From Bacteriovorax stolpii (GTDB lineage: Bacteria; Bdellovibrionota; UBA1018), in assembly GCA_945860415.1 (NCBI GenBank), contig CAMAQA010000002.1:10193-74192 (forward strand): a stretch of 64,000 nt of DNA, written 5' to 3'. This document shows, piece after piece, positions 9,950 through 18,662 of the stretch. The position numbers and the translations under genes are program-made. How positions within the stretch are numbered: position 1 is the first letter of the stretch; the number at the start of each line of letters is the position of its first letter. The notes under the pieces were generated by a model, which was not told the origin of the DNA, did no database searches, and saw only the letters and a program-made list of their open reading frames with translations.

Positions 9950-10600
9950 ATGAGCGCTGTGATTCGCCTGCTCCGGAAATGCCTCTCGCCGGCCGCCCTC
10001 GCGTTGATCGTGCTGGTGTCCTCGACACATGCGGCGCCGTCGGCGGAAGCCAAAAGGTGTTCAGATGCATTCAGGCTCTTTCACCGCCGAAGCTCATCCG
10101 AGGCCCACGAAATCTTTTCTCGTTTTTCCAGCGTACCGGCGGCCTGGCAGCAGCTCGTGGATCGCGGTCTGCTCGATCGTTACTGGCAGGATTCCCGCGT
10201 CGAGGAGATTGCCCTGAATCTTGCGACCGCCCCCGACGGCCGCGAGTTCATGACGGTCATCGATGATTTCAAGGTCAAGATGGAAGTCCATCGGTCCCAC
10301 GACCAGCTTGTCGTGCTCATTCCCTCCATTCGCGTGCAGGGAACGGAACTGGGCGGGCGAGCCGCAGGAATCGATGGAGGATTCATCCGCCTCCTGAGCG
10401 GAGTCCTCCGCGGCTTCGCCATTGAAATGGCCCAGAATCCGGCGATTCACTCCGTTCGCATCGAGGCCAACAAGATCGTCAACCAGGACCTGATCCGCAT
10501 GCTGGAGGGCCTGGGCTTCGAGCGCTTTGAGAAGAGCCTGCTTCCCGACTACAAGGTCGAGCTTCAGTTGCCGCCGAAAAGGCGCGTGTCGAGCGAGTAG
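9950..10600 (+). CDS. secreted hypothetical protein
   Basis: N-terminal signal peptide (…LALIVLVSSTHAAPS). No recognised domain. Confidence 0.5.
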   Translation: MSAVIRLLRKCLSPAALALIVLVSSTHAAPSAEAKRCSDAFRLFHRRSSSEAHEIFSRFSSVPAAWQQLVDRGLLDRYWQDSRVEEIALNLATAPDGREFMTVIDDFKVKMEVHRSHDQLVVLIPSIRVQGTELGGRAAGIDGGFIRLLSGVLRGFAIEMAQNPAIHSVRIEANKIVNQDLIRMLEGLGFERFEKSLLPDYKVELQLPPKRRVSSE

Positions 10601-11016
10601 GTTCCCGGGCCGAGCAGCGCCATCACGAGCAGGATGACCGCGAGATTCAGGGCATACTCATTTCCCGGGGGGTTGTTCGTGATGAGGTATCCGCCTCCCT
10701 TGTGGCCGATGACCGCCGCCACGATGAGCGTGATCATGCAGACGATCGCAGCAGGACGGTAAAGGAGCCCAAGCAGGATCAGGATGCCGCCCACGAGTTC
10801 GGCCAGCATGGCCATTCGAGCCTGAACTGCCGCAAACGGAACTCCGAGGCTTTGGAGCCAGCCGATGAATCCTTGCATCGCATTCGCTCCACCCGGGCCC
10901 ACGATTCCGAGCTTTCCGAGGCCGTGCACGATCAGGCACGAGCCGACGAAGGCACGAAGGATCAGGATGGAAGCGGGTAGTGCCTGGGAGAAATCGCCGG
11001 TCAGGAGAGTGTTCAT
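10564..11016 (-). CDS. DoxX-family membrane protein
   Basis: Four predicted TM helices. RAFVGSCLIVHGLGKL is a typical DoxX N-terminus. Confidence 0.75.
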   Translation of the reverse strand: MNTLLTGDFSQALPASILILRAFVGSCLIVHGLGKLGIVGPGGANAMQGFIGWLQSLGVPFAAVQARMAMLAELVGGILILLGLLYRPAAIVCMITLIVAAVIGHKGGGYLITNNPPGNEYALNLAVILLVMALLGPGTYSLDTRLFGGN

Positions 11017-11103
11017 GGGTCTCGGGTGCCACGGAATCCTTGGAAATTCAATCGCTTAAGCCTTGCTTTGACACATTGCGCTATAGCGGGTTAGACCCGC
11101 CGC

Positions 11104-12396
11104 ATGCGTTTGCACCCGGTTCTGGGCCTGGCACTGCTGTCTTTGCTCGTCCATTCCTCGGCGGCTCTCGCCATGGGGTCGAAAAATCCCGGCGGCGATT
11201 CGGTTGCTGCCATCGAGTCGGTCATCCGTAGGGCACCGATTTTTCGCTCGGGAGTCGGAAAACGCACTTTCGTGTTCTTCGTGAATGGAGATGCGGATCA
11301 TTTCGTGACCGATTCGGCAGACTCCACGAGGCCGGATCTTTCTCGGGTGGATGCGGCCGATGTTCGGAAAATCGAGCAGCTCGCACTTTCATGCCGCGAG
11401 TGCAACGTGGTCGTCCTGCACGACCAGCGAGGCACGGACAACTGGTACACGAAGGACGCTCCGTGGGCGACATTCCTTCGGGTCTACTCGCGTGGGCGCA
11501 AATATTACGAGAAGTCCGTGAGTGAGCTCAACATGGCAGAGCCGCGCGTATTGACGGAGCTGTTGAAGTACTCCGAGCGCGCGTTTCCTGGAGCAGGCTT
11601 GTACCTCGTGTATCGAGGGCATTCCTTCATTCCACGGTTCGTCCCGGGCAGGCCCGAGTCGGGCCTTGCTCCCTTCGATTACAGCAATCCCGAGGCACCG
11701 TACGGTGTGCGCGAGTTTTCGGCGTCGATCCGCGATGCGAAGCTGGGAAGGCCGCTGAATGCCGTGGTGATGGCCGCATGCACGATGGCAGACGCGGAGC
11801 TGGCCGACGCGATTGCGCCTCATGCGAAGACGTTGATTGCTCCCCAGCTCGAAGTCCTGGAGACACTATCGACCGGATTTGGGTACCGGTACCTGACGGA
11901 GCTCGACGAGGTGGAGCTTCGCAGCGAAGCGGTCCAGCGAATCTCGACGCTGCTGCTCGAGCCCATCCGGACCACTCCAAACGATGACGACGCCCTGATG
12001 GAATACCCGGTCAGCATCATCGATCTCGACGGTTTCGGCGGCATCTCCGGCCGACTTCGCCAGCTGGTCTCGAGTTCCGGAGTGGCCGAGTCCGTGATTC
12101 GTGACAAGGCCCTTCTTTCCAAGTCCATTTCGGCTCGAACAGTGGAAGTCCTCACGAAAAAAGGAAAGAGCGACGGCCAGATTGCCCGGTTGATCGATGC
12201 GCTTCGCCAGCCCTCGCGCAACCCGGATTCGCTCGATGTGAAGCTCCTGCTCGATTTACTGAAGTCGACGTCGTCGGAACCTTCGCTGCTGCGACAAATT
12301 TCCGAGATCGAAACCCATCTCGGGCCACGGGTTCGAGTGCTGGATCGACCGGAGTTCTCGAAAGCCAACGGCCTGACATTTCAGCTGAGGGAGTGA
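11104..12396 (+). CDS. secreted protein, possibly a clostripain (C11)-like cysteine peptidase
   Basis: Signal peptide. A candidate His-Gly (YRGHSF) and Cys (VMAACTMAD) dyad has C11-like spacing. Weak, judged by eye only. Confidence 0.4.
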   Translation: MRLHPVLGLALLSLLVHSSAALAMGSKNPGGDSVAAIESVIRRAPIFRSGVGKRTFVFFVNGDADHFVTDSADSTRPDLSRVDAADVRKIEQLALSCRECNVVVLHDQRGTDNWYTKDAPWATFLRVYSRGRKYYEKSVSELNMAEPRVLTELLKYSERAFPGAGLYLVYRGHSFIPRFVPGRPESGLAPFDYSNPEAPYGVREFSASIRDAKLGRPLNAVVMAACTMADAELADAIAPHAKTLIAPQLEVLETLSTGFGYRYLTELDEVELRSEAVQRISTLLLEPIRTTPNDDDALMEYPVSIIDLDGFGGISGRLRQLVSSSGVAESVIRDKALLSKSISARTVEVLTKKGKSDGQIARLIDALRQPSRNPDSLDVKLLLDLLKSTSSEPSLLRQISEIETHLGPRVRVLDRPEFSKANGLTFQLRE

Positions 12397-12400
12397 TCGT

Positions 12401-13330
12401 ATGCGGAATCGGATGCGAAGCACGGCGTTCTTTCTTGTGGGGATCTGGATCTTCGGCGGGAAGCTCGCGCTGGCAACCTCCTGGGAGCTCGAGCCCACGA
12501 GCTTCGGAAGCCGCGACAAAGTGGAATGGCTGGACGCCAAGACTTCGAAATGCTGGCTCCGGAGAACCACCCTCTCCACTGAAGACCCGGTCGATGGACG
12601 CGAGTCCGTCATCGTTTATGACGAGTACATTCCAACACGGCGTGATTTCGCGACCCGGGCGAGCGTGGTGATTCTTCCTCCCACAGGAGGCGAGACGTTC
12701 ATTGATCGGGGCTATGCGCGAAGCCTCTGCCGACGTCAGGTGATCGGTGTCATCATCAAGCGCTGGAGCCACGACACCGAGGCGGGAATGGACCTCGAAA
12801 CCCATGATCGAGGTTTCGCGCGAGGCATCGTGGCCATTCGCCGCGTGAAACACTGGATTCTTGCCGAGCGTCCGAAAGGAAAGCTGGGCATCCTGGGGAC
12901 CAGCGTCGGAGGTCTTTATGCAGGCCTTGCTCTTTCGGTGGATCCGGACTTTTCCGCGGGCTCATTGATCGTGGCGGGCGCGCCACTGGCCACCATTCTT
13001 GCCCGCAGCACCTTGCCCGCAGTGGTGAAGCAGCGAGAGAATCGGATGAAGGCGTTTTCGATCGCCTCGCAGGATGAGTACGAGCAGCTCCTCATGCGCG
13101 AGATCGATCTCGACATGCTCAAGGCGGGAAACCTGCTCTCGTCGCGACCGATGCTCATGATTCGATCCTCGACCGATACAGTCGTGCCGGCATCCACCCA
13201 GGAAGTGCTGTGGAATGCAGCGGGAAGGCCGGATGGCGAAGTGTATTCCTCGAATCATCAATGGTCGATTGTTCGCGCCTACCTGTTCCAGAGGACCAGG
13301 GTCGCGCGCTTTTTTGCAGAGGTGCTCTGA
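12401..13330 (+). CDS. alpha/beta hydrolase
   Basis: Nucleophile elbow GTSVGG and a signal/anchor N-terminus. Only 4 nt downstream of the preceding gene. Confidence 0.7.
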   Translation: MRNRMRSTAFFLVGIWIFGGKLALATSWELEPTSFGSRDKVEWLDAKTSKCWLRRTTLSTEDPVDGRESVIVYDEYIPTRRDFATRASVVILPPTGGETFIDRGYARSLCRRQVIGVIIKRWSHDTEAGMDLETHDRGFARGIVAIRRVKHWILAERPKGKLGILGTSVGGLYAGLALSVDPDFSAGSLIVAGAPLATILARSTLPAVVKQRENRMKAFSIASQDEYEQLLMREIDLDMLKAGNLLSSRPMLMIRSSTDTVVPASTQEVLWNAAGRPDGEVYSSNHQWSIVRAYLFQRTRVARFFAEVL

Positions 13331-13824
13331 TGGATCGCTCGATCAAGCTGTTGCTGGTCCTGGTTTTCGGATTTTTTCTCGCTTCGGCCGTCCGAGCGAA
13401 CGCAGGTTTGCTGGAAGTGGAAATCCTGGGCGGAAAGACCGAGTCGCAGAAACGGGTCTGGTGGAAGAGTCGGCTGCAGGAGCCTGCGCAGAAATGGTCT
13501 GGAAGATCCTTGGGCGAGGTCACCGTCCGGGTGCTCGAGGAAATGAAACGTCAGGTCCGGATCGATTTCCAAGCGACAGCACAAGGCGTTTCTCGGATTG
13601 GAAACCTGGGGTCTGATCTGGAGGTGATTTCAGACACCCGCATGAAGGCCTACGGCTGGTGTGTTCGCGTGAAGCGCGACAACATCTGGGAGTACCCCGA
13701 GGTGATGCCTGATGCATTCCTTCTGACCGAAGATCTCACCGCGATGGAGTGGTTCTACGCTTACGCGGAGTTTGACGCTGAAAAGGGCGGTTGGTTCCGC
13801 CAATGCGTTCCTTCGCATCTCTAG
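13330..13824 (+). CDS. secreted hypothetical protein
   Basis: The internal ATG at 13330 overlaps the upstream stop (ATGA) and gives a clean signal peptide, MDRSIKLLLVLVFGFFLASAVRANA. Confidence 0.55.
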   Translation: MDRSIKLLLVLVFGFFLASAVRANAGLLEVEILGGKTESQKRVWWKSRLQEPAQKWSGRSLGEVTVRVLEEMKRQVRIDFQATAQGVSRIGNLGSDLEVISDTRMKAYGWCVRVKRDNIWEYPEVMPDAFLLTEDLTAMEWFYAYAEFDAEKGGWFRQCVPSHL

Positions 13825-15314
13825 CTGCAGGGATTCTTTCGCATCTTTCGAATCTGGGGCAGCGGCGGAATGGATCGGTTGTGATAGTAGCTGCAGAGAT
13901 GAGCTACCCGTTCAGCAGTCAGGCAGGATTCTACAGGAACCCGGTCGTCCTGCAGGCACGCCAGCGTGGCAGGAAAGTAAGTCGAGCCGAGGAGCCTGCG
14001 AAGCGGCTTGCTCGACGAATCGGTTTTGCCGGCGCTTTCGTTGCCGAGCCAGAGATAGTACTGAGCCAGTGACCAGTAAAGTCCGGCTCGAGCATCGCGG
14101 GCGAATCCGGCGGTTTCAAGTTGGCGCGAAAGCCCTTCCAGGTCGGCAAGGGCATCCTCGATGGATCCCTCCAGCAGGCGTTGCCGAGCCTGGTTCAACG
14201 ACACCCAGGGATGCGGACGTCCTCCGGTCACCGTCGATTCAAAATCACGGAAGGACTCCTCGGAGCCGTAATGGAGCGTTGCCTGTGCGAATGCGGCACT
14301 CACCGAAATGAGAGCGACCAGAGCGAGCATTCGTGGACGCGCCTTGTTCGAAATCCAGCTCACGATGAGGATCATGAATAAGAGCGAACCGAGCATCTGG
14401 CGCGCCGGGTGGTACCAGTCCACTCGCGGAACCGCGCTGAGTGCCACTGTGGGAAGTAAAAACGCGAGCCCTGCCAGGGCAGCGAGGGCATGAGACGGGT
14501 GTGTTCGGTGTCGCCGAATCACGAGAACGATGAGCGACGCGACGGTGATGACCAGCAATAACGGCCAGCCCCATTTTCCGATCCCATTCAGCTCAAACTG
14601 CTCGAACCAGGAACCATGAAAAGAAGCCAGGTGCGGAATCACCAGATTCCGGAAATACGTCCAGATGGCTCTCGACTGGGTCAAGAGCCATGCTCCCCAG
14701 GAGAAAGGATCGCTGGTCGATGGAAGCGACCCTGTAGCTGCGTCGCCCTGGTAGACGGAGGTCAGAAATCCCACCCATTGCGGGCGCAGGATCGCGGGCA
14801 GCGAACCCACCGCAAAGCCCACCAGTGCCCGTCTGGGACTCGGAAGAGAAGGCTCACGAACGATGAACTGCCATGCCATCCAGCAGGCTGCGATCGACCA
14901 GGAGTAGGCCCAGGCCTCGGCTCGAAGCAGGATCGGCACCAGTGAGCATGCCAATCCGCTGAGGATCCAGAGGAGCGAGCGCGGCTGACGACTCCATTGA
15001 ATCCAGAGGCCCGTCCAGGCAACGGACCAGAGCAGAGTCAGCGTGGTCGAAAGCTGAGATGCGTAAAAGAAGGAAAAGGCGATCATCGGATGAAGGGCGA
15101 TGGCGAGCAGAGCTGAGAGACTGGGTTTGATGCGAAAGAGCCTGAGGGTGGTGAATGCCAGCACTGCCGAGAGGATCAGGGCCAGGATCCGAGAGTGATC
15201 CGGGGCTTCTCCGAGCAGGCAATGGAGAGCATGGGCGAGCCAGCGATCCGGATTGGCTTGCTGGAGCGAGCAGGCCTGCGCGACGAAATAGCCATCGTCC
15301 AACAGCGAGATCAT
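13821..15314 (-). CDS. polytopic membrane protein with a soluble helical C-terminal domain (possibly a glycosyltransferase-39/PMT_2-like architecture)
   Basis: About 10 hydrophobic segments are followed by a TPR-like helical tail. The family assignment is tentative. Confidence 0.5.
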   Translation of the reverse strand: MISLLDDGYFVAQACSLQQANPDRWLAHALHCLLGEAPDHSRILALILSAVLAFTTLRLFRIKPSLSALLAIALHPMIAFSFFYASQLSTTLTLLWSVAWTGLWIQWSRQPRSLLWILSGLACSLVPILLRAEAWAYSWSIAACWMAWQFIVREPSLPSPRRALVGFAVGSLPAILRPQWVGFLTSVYQGDAATGSLPSTSDPFSWGAWLLTQSRAIWTYFRNLVIPHLASFHGSWFEQFELNGIGKWGWPLLLVITVASLIVLVIRRHRTHPSHALAALAGLAFLLPTVALSAVPRVDWYHPARQMLGSLLFMILIVSWISNKARPRMLALVALISVSAAFAQATLHYGSEESFRDFESTVTGGRPHPWVSLNQARQRLLEGSIEDALADLEGLSRQLETAGFARDARAGLYWSLAQYYLWLGNESAGKTDSSSKPLRRLLGSTYFPATLACLQDDRVPVESCLTAERVAHLCSYYHNRSIPPLPQIRKMRKNPCS

Positions 15315-15355
15315 GACGGCAGCTTAAGGGTATTCGGAGTGACTTTGTGGAAAAA

Positions 15356-15431
15356 TGGTGGGCCGCGAAGGGATCGAACCTTCGACCCGCAGATTAAGAG
15401 TCTGCTGCTCTACCAACTGAGCTAGCGGCCC
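15356..15431 (-). tRNA. tRNA-Lys (anticodon CTT), CCA encoded
   Basis: The reverse complement reads GGGCCGCTAGCTCAGTTGGTAGAGCAGCAGACTCTTAATCTGCGGGTCGAAGGTTCGATCCCTTCGCGGCCCACCA. Anticodon loop CT-CTT-AA. Confidence 0.9.
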
Positions 15432-15511
15432 ACATCGTCGACAGGAGTCACGCATCTAGCACCGTGATTGAGAGCGTGCAAGAGGGGAGTCTACCCCTTA
15501 GAATAGTTTTT

Positions 15512-16306
15512 ATGAAAAATCGGAATCGGATCTTCCTCATGGCTGTCCTTTGCCTGCCAAGACTGGCTGGAGCCACGAGCTTCATCGAGAAGAGTTTTCC
15601 GGATGCCGTGGGAGAGTCGCCGGTCATCGTTCGTGGAACCATCGGAATGAGCTATTCCGATTATGGGCGCTCCCCAGGGGATGAAAAGCGTCTGTTCACC
15701 TACTATGAGCTCGTTCCTTCCGAGGTTTTCAAGGGATCGGTTCCGGATGGAGCCATCATGCTGCGCCAGATTGGCGGGTCGAAAGATGGCGTCACCATGG
15801 AAGTTCCTGGTACTGCGCGCTTTTCTCGAGGCGAAGAAGTCGTCGTGATGCTCGGTGCACAGGGAGGCGACGGAACCTTCAATGTTCGGAGCCTGATGAT
15901 GGGCAAGTTCACGATCGACCGCCTAAATGGCAAGGAGTACCTCAACGGTCCAGGTGCGGTCAGCCCGGAGGAAGTGAATGACGGAGAAGTGATCCATCCT
16001 GAAGAGGGCATGCGCCGTCCCAGGACGGCGGTGTACACGCTCGAGGCCCTTCGCGAGCTGGTACGCGCGAAGGAACAGGAGCCCTCGCAGGCGGCTGGAA
16101 CGTCGAGTCCGAATCCATCCCCCACGGCTGCATCTCCGTCTGGTCTCGCTCCACAGCCGACGGCGGCACCCGGGTTGCAAAATCCCGATCAGGGCGATGC
16201 AGCTGCTCCCGCGGAACAGGGGAGCACTCGCAAGTGGTTCTGGGGGGCCATCCTCATGGGTGTGTGGCTGGCTCTTCGCACACTGCGACGCAGTTCCGGC
16301 AAGTAA
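15512..16306 (+). CDS. secreted protein with a Pro/Ala/Ser linker and a C-terminal hydrophobic, basic tail
   Basis: ATG 15512 gives the signal peptide MKNRNRIFLMAVLCLPRLAGA. The C-terminus is …WFWGAILMGVWLALRTLRRSSGK. Confidence 0.6.
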   Translation: MKNRNRIFLMAVLCLPRLAGATSFIEKSFPDAVGESPVIVRGTIGMSYSDYGRSPGDEKRLFTYYELVPSEVFKGSVPDGAIMLRQIGGSKDGVTMEVPGTARFSRGEEVVVMLGAQGGDGTFNVRSLMMGKFTIDRLNGKEYLNGPGAVSPEEVNDGEVIHPEEGMRRPRTAVYTLEALRELVRAKEQEPSQAAGTSSPNPSPTAASPSGLAPQPTAAPGLQNPDQGDAAAPAEQGSTRKWFWGAILMGVWLALRTLRRSSGK

Positions 16307-16345
16307 TTCGGCCGGAGCTTTTTCGCCCGGAACGGGGTTCCCGGC

Positions 16346-18079
16346 GTGGAGCGCGGTTTTTCGGTTAGCCTATTCGCGGCGCTGGTTCTGGGCTTGCTGC
16401 CGGCCTGGGCCTGGGGAGCCACACCGACGATGACTCGCCACGGAGTGCCGGTCCGTTGGCAGTCACGTCAGCCGCAGTTTGTCGCAAACCCCGAAAATAG
16501 TTCCGGACTGCCGTCGCACGAAGTGTTTCACTCGTTCACTCGCGCGCTGCAGCGCTGGCGCAAGGCTTCGCAGGAACGTCTCGACTTCCACTACTGGCAG
16601 GGAACGGAGCACTCCGTCTTTGCTCCCGAGAGCCGCCTCAACGGTTATTCGACGATCTATTTTGCCTCGCAGGCGGATTCTTCGGAGGTGGCACTCGATT
16701 CAAGCATCCTCGGGCTCACGCAGGTCTGGTTTGATTCGGCCACCGGCGAAGTCCTCGAAGCCGACATCATCCTGAATGACCGCGACCACCAGTTTGGTCG
16801 AGTGCGAGAAGGGGCGCTGCCGTCGCGGAGTGAGGGTAGTCCGGCACCCATCTCACTCGACAACGTCATTACTCACGAGCTGGGGCATGCCTTCGGTCTT
16901 GCGCACAGCGCGGCAATGCAATCGACGATGTTCTTTGCCGAAGGACCGGACCAGGCGTACCCCGGTTGTGATGACCAGGTGGGCATCGCTCGCGTCTATC
17001 CCCACGACGATTCGGCCGAACGCGGAGCAATCGAGTTCGAAGTGCGTTCTCCGTCGGGATTGCCGATGATCGGAGCGCAAGTGCACGCCATCTCACGCGG
17101 CCGTGGAGTGGTATTTGCCGGAGCCCTGAGTGATGCGCGTGGACGGGTGAGCCTCTCGGCGCTGGAGCCCGGTGTCTATGACCTCTTGATCGAGCCTTAC
17201 CATGCAGGTGCCGGCTCATTGCCGGAGTACTACCGCTCGGCTTCCTACGCCGTCTGCGCAGGAAAACTGTTTTCGCGCACCTGGCCAGGAAGAATCGGAA
17301 ACGAGCTCTCAGGATTTCGAGTGGAGGCGGGGCGGACACTGACTCTCGAGCCCCAGGCCGTGTCCTGTGCAAAGTCGGCCGGAGCGGATATCGAAGCCTC
17401 GGTCGGCAGCACGGACCGAGGCATGGCACCTATTCTGAACGCCGACGGGCAACAGTTTTCCTGGCTCGATCGGGCCGATGTTTCCGGAAGTGCTCAACTT
17501 CCGCCGAGGTATTTTCGCCTGCAGCTTCGAGGCTCGCTCGATCTCAAGATCATTTCCTTTAGCGCGTACTCTCCGATTCGAGTGAAGCCGATCCTGCGCG
17601 GCCCCCTCGGTGACGTCATTCGAACGCAGCTGGATGCACCGGTTTACCGGGGAGAGTCGGGCTTCGTGAACCATGATCTCCGGCTGCGGGCCCAAGATCT
17701 GGACCCTGGGGAATATGCTCTGGAGCTGCGTTTTGATCCGGTGCCGATCACGGATTATCCGGCGGGTGCCATCCTGCGCGATCGTGCGCCCTTTTTCGTG
17801 CTGATCGGATCTGTGGGTGGCGGAGGTGAGTCGCCGCTTGCGGCCGTGCACCCGATGAATTCGCGATGCCGGCGAAACGATGTCTTTCCGGAGTACAAGT
17901 CTCCACCAGGCCCTCCTGCCAGGCGTCTGTTTTCGTCCTCGAGCCCTCCCGTATCCAGCGGGTGTGCACCAGGCGACGCGGAAGGTTCCGGGATGGGCGG
18001 GTCCTCCGGTCTCGTCCTTCTGGGTGCGGTGCTGCGACAGTTGCCGGCTTGGCTGAAACGGCTTACCCTGAGGGCATGA
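16346..18079 (+). CDS. secreted matrixin-like (M10-type) zinc metalloprotease
   Basis: HELGHAFGLAHS zincin motif, a signal peptide, and a C-terminal hydrophobic/basic tail. GTG start. Confidence 0.75.
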   Translation: MERGFSVSLFAALVLGLLPAWAWGATPTMTRHGVPVRWQSRQPQFVANPENSSGLPSHEVFHSFTRALQRWRKASQERLDFHYWQGTEHSVFAPESRLNGYSTIYFASQADSSEVALDSSILGLTQVWFDSATGEVLEADIILNDRDHQFGRVREGALPSRSEGSPAPISLDNVITHELGHAFGLAHSAAMQSTMFFAEGPDQAYPGCDDQVGIARVYPHDDSAERGAIEFEVRSPSGLPMIGAQVHAISRGRGVVFAGALSDARGRVSLSALEPGVYDLLIEPYHAGAGSLPEYYRSASYAVCAGKLFSRTWPGRIGNELSGFRVEAGRTLTLEPQAVSCAKSAGADIEASVGSTDRGMAPILNADGQQFSWLDRADVSGSAQLPPRYFRLQLRGSLDLKIISFSAYSPIRVKPILRGPLGDVIRTQLDAPVYRGESGFVNHDLRLRAQDLDPGEYALELRFDPVPITDYPAGAILRDRAPFFVLIGSVGGGGESPLAAVHPMNSRCRRNDVFPEYKSPPGPPARRLFSSSSPPVSSGCAPGDAEGSGMGGSSGLVLLGAVLRQLPAWLKRLTLRA

Positions 18080-18624
18080 CCCGAAACTCGCTCCGGATTG
18101 TCGTGGCAGGCGCAGCACTTCTGATGGCAACTGAGGTCTGGGCTTCTCTCGAGCCCAGTCGTTTTTTTCAGGCGGACGGCAAGAAAACCGAGAACTATAT
18201 TTCCGATGGAGTCGTGGTCGGGGGAGATCCGGCCATTCAATCGGTCCGGATCACGGAAATTCGCCGTGCGGCGAATCCGAAATTTGAGCGCATCGTGGTC
18301 GATCTCGATGCTTCGAGGCAGGATGGAGAGGTCACCGCGCTGGCCCGGCCGCCGTATTATCAAGTGTCGGTAAATCCTGAAGAAAAACGGTTGGTTTACA
18401 CCATCTGGGGCAAGCCCCAGCTGGATTTCAAGGCGTCGGCGGTCGTCGCCGCGCTCAAGAAAAGCAAAGTGATTGAGAGCGTGGAGATTCTTCCCGCGGT
18501 CCATGCCGATCAATGGACTTTCGTGCTGAATTTGAAAACGGGCAGTCCGGTCGAAGTGTTTGATCTGGTCCAGCCCGCCAGAATCATCACCGACATCCGC
18601 CTGGGACGAGCCTTGCCAAAGTAA
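18076..18624 (+). CDS. secreted hypothetical protein (AMIN-domain-like)
   Basis: ATG 18076 overlaps the upstream stop (ATGA). Signal peptide MTRNSLRIVVAGAALLMATEVWA. The ERIVVDLD stretch is AMIN-like, judged by eye. Confidence 0.5.
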   Translation: MTRNSLRIVVAGAALLMATEVWASLEPSRFFQADGKKTENYISDGVVVGGDPAIQSVRITEIRRAANPKFERIVVDLDASRQDGEVTALARPPYYQVSVNPEEKRLVYTIWGKPQLDFKASAVVAALKKSKVIESVEILPAVHADQWTFVLNLKTGSPVEVFDLVQPARIITDIRLGRALPK

Positions 18625-18662
18625 TCCGCGCTCCCATATTAACCGGTAGGAGGATTCCTGCC

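Noticed and set aside
9870-10070. N-terminal 67-codon extension of the ABC permease
   Set aside because: The composition is Arg/Ser/Pro-rich and it overlaps the divergent secreted-protein gene. The ATG at 9869 is more plausible.
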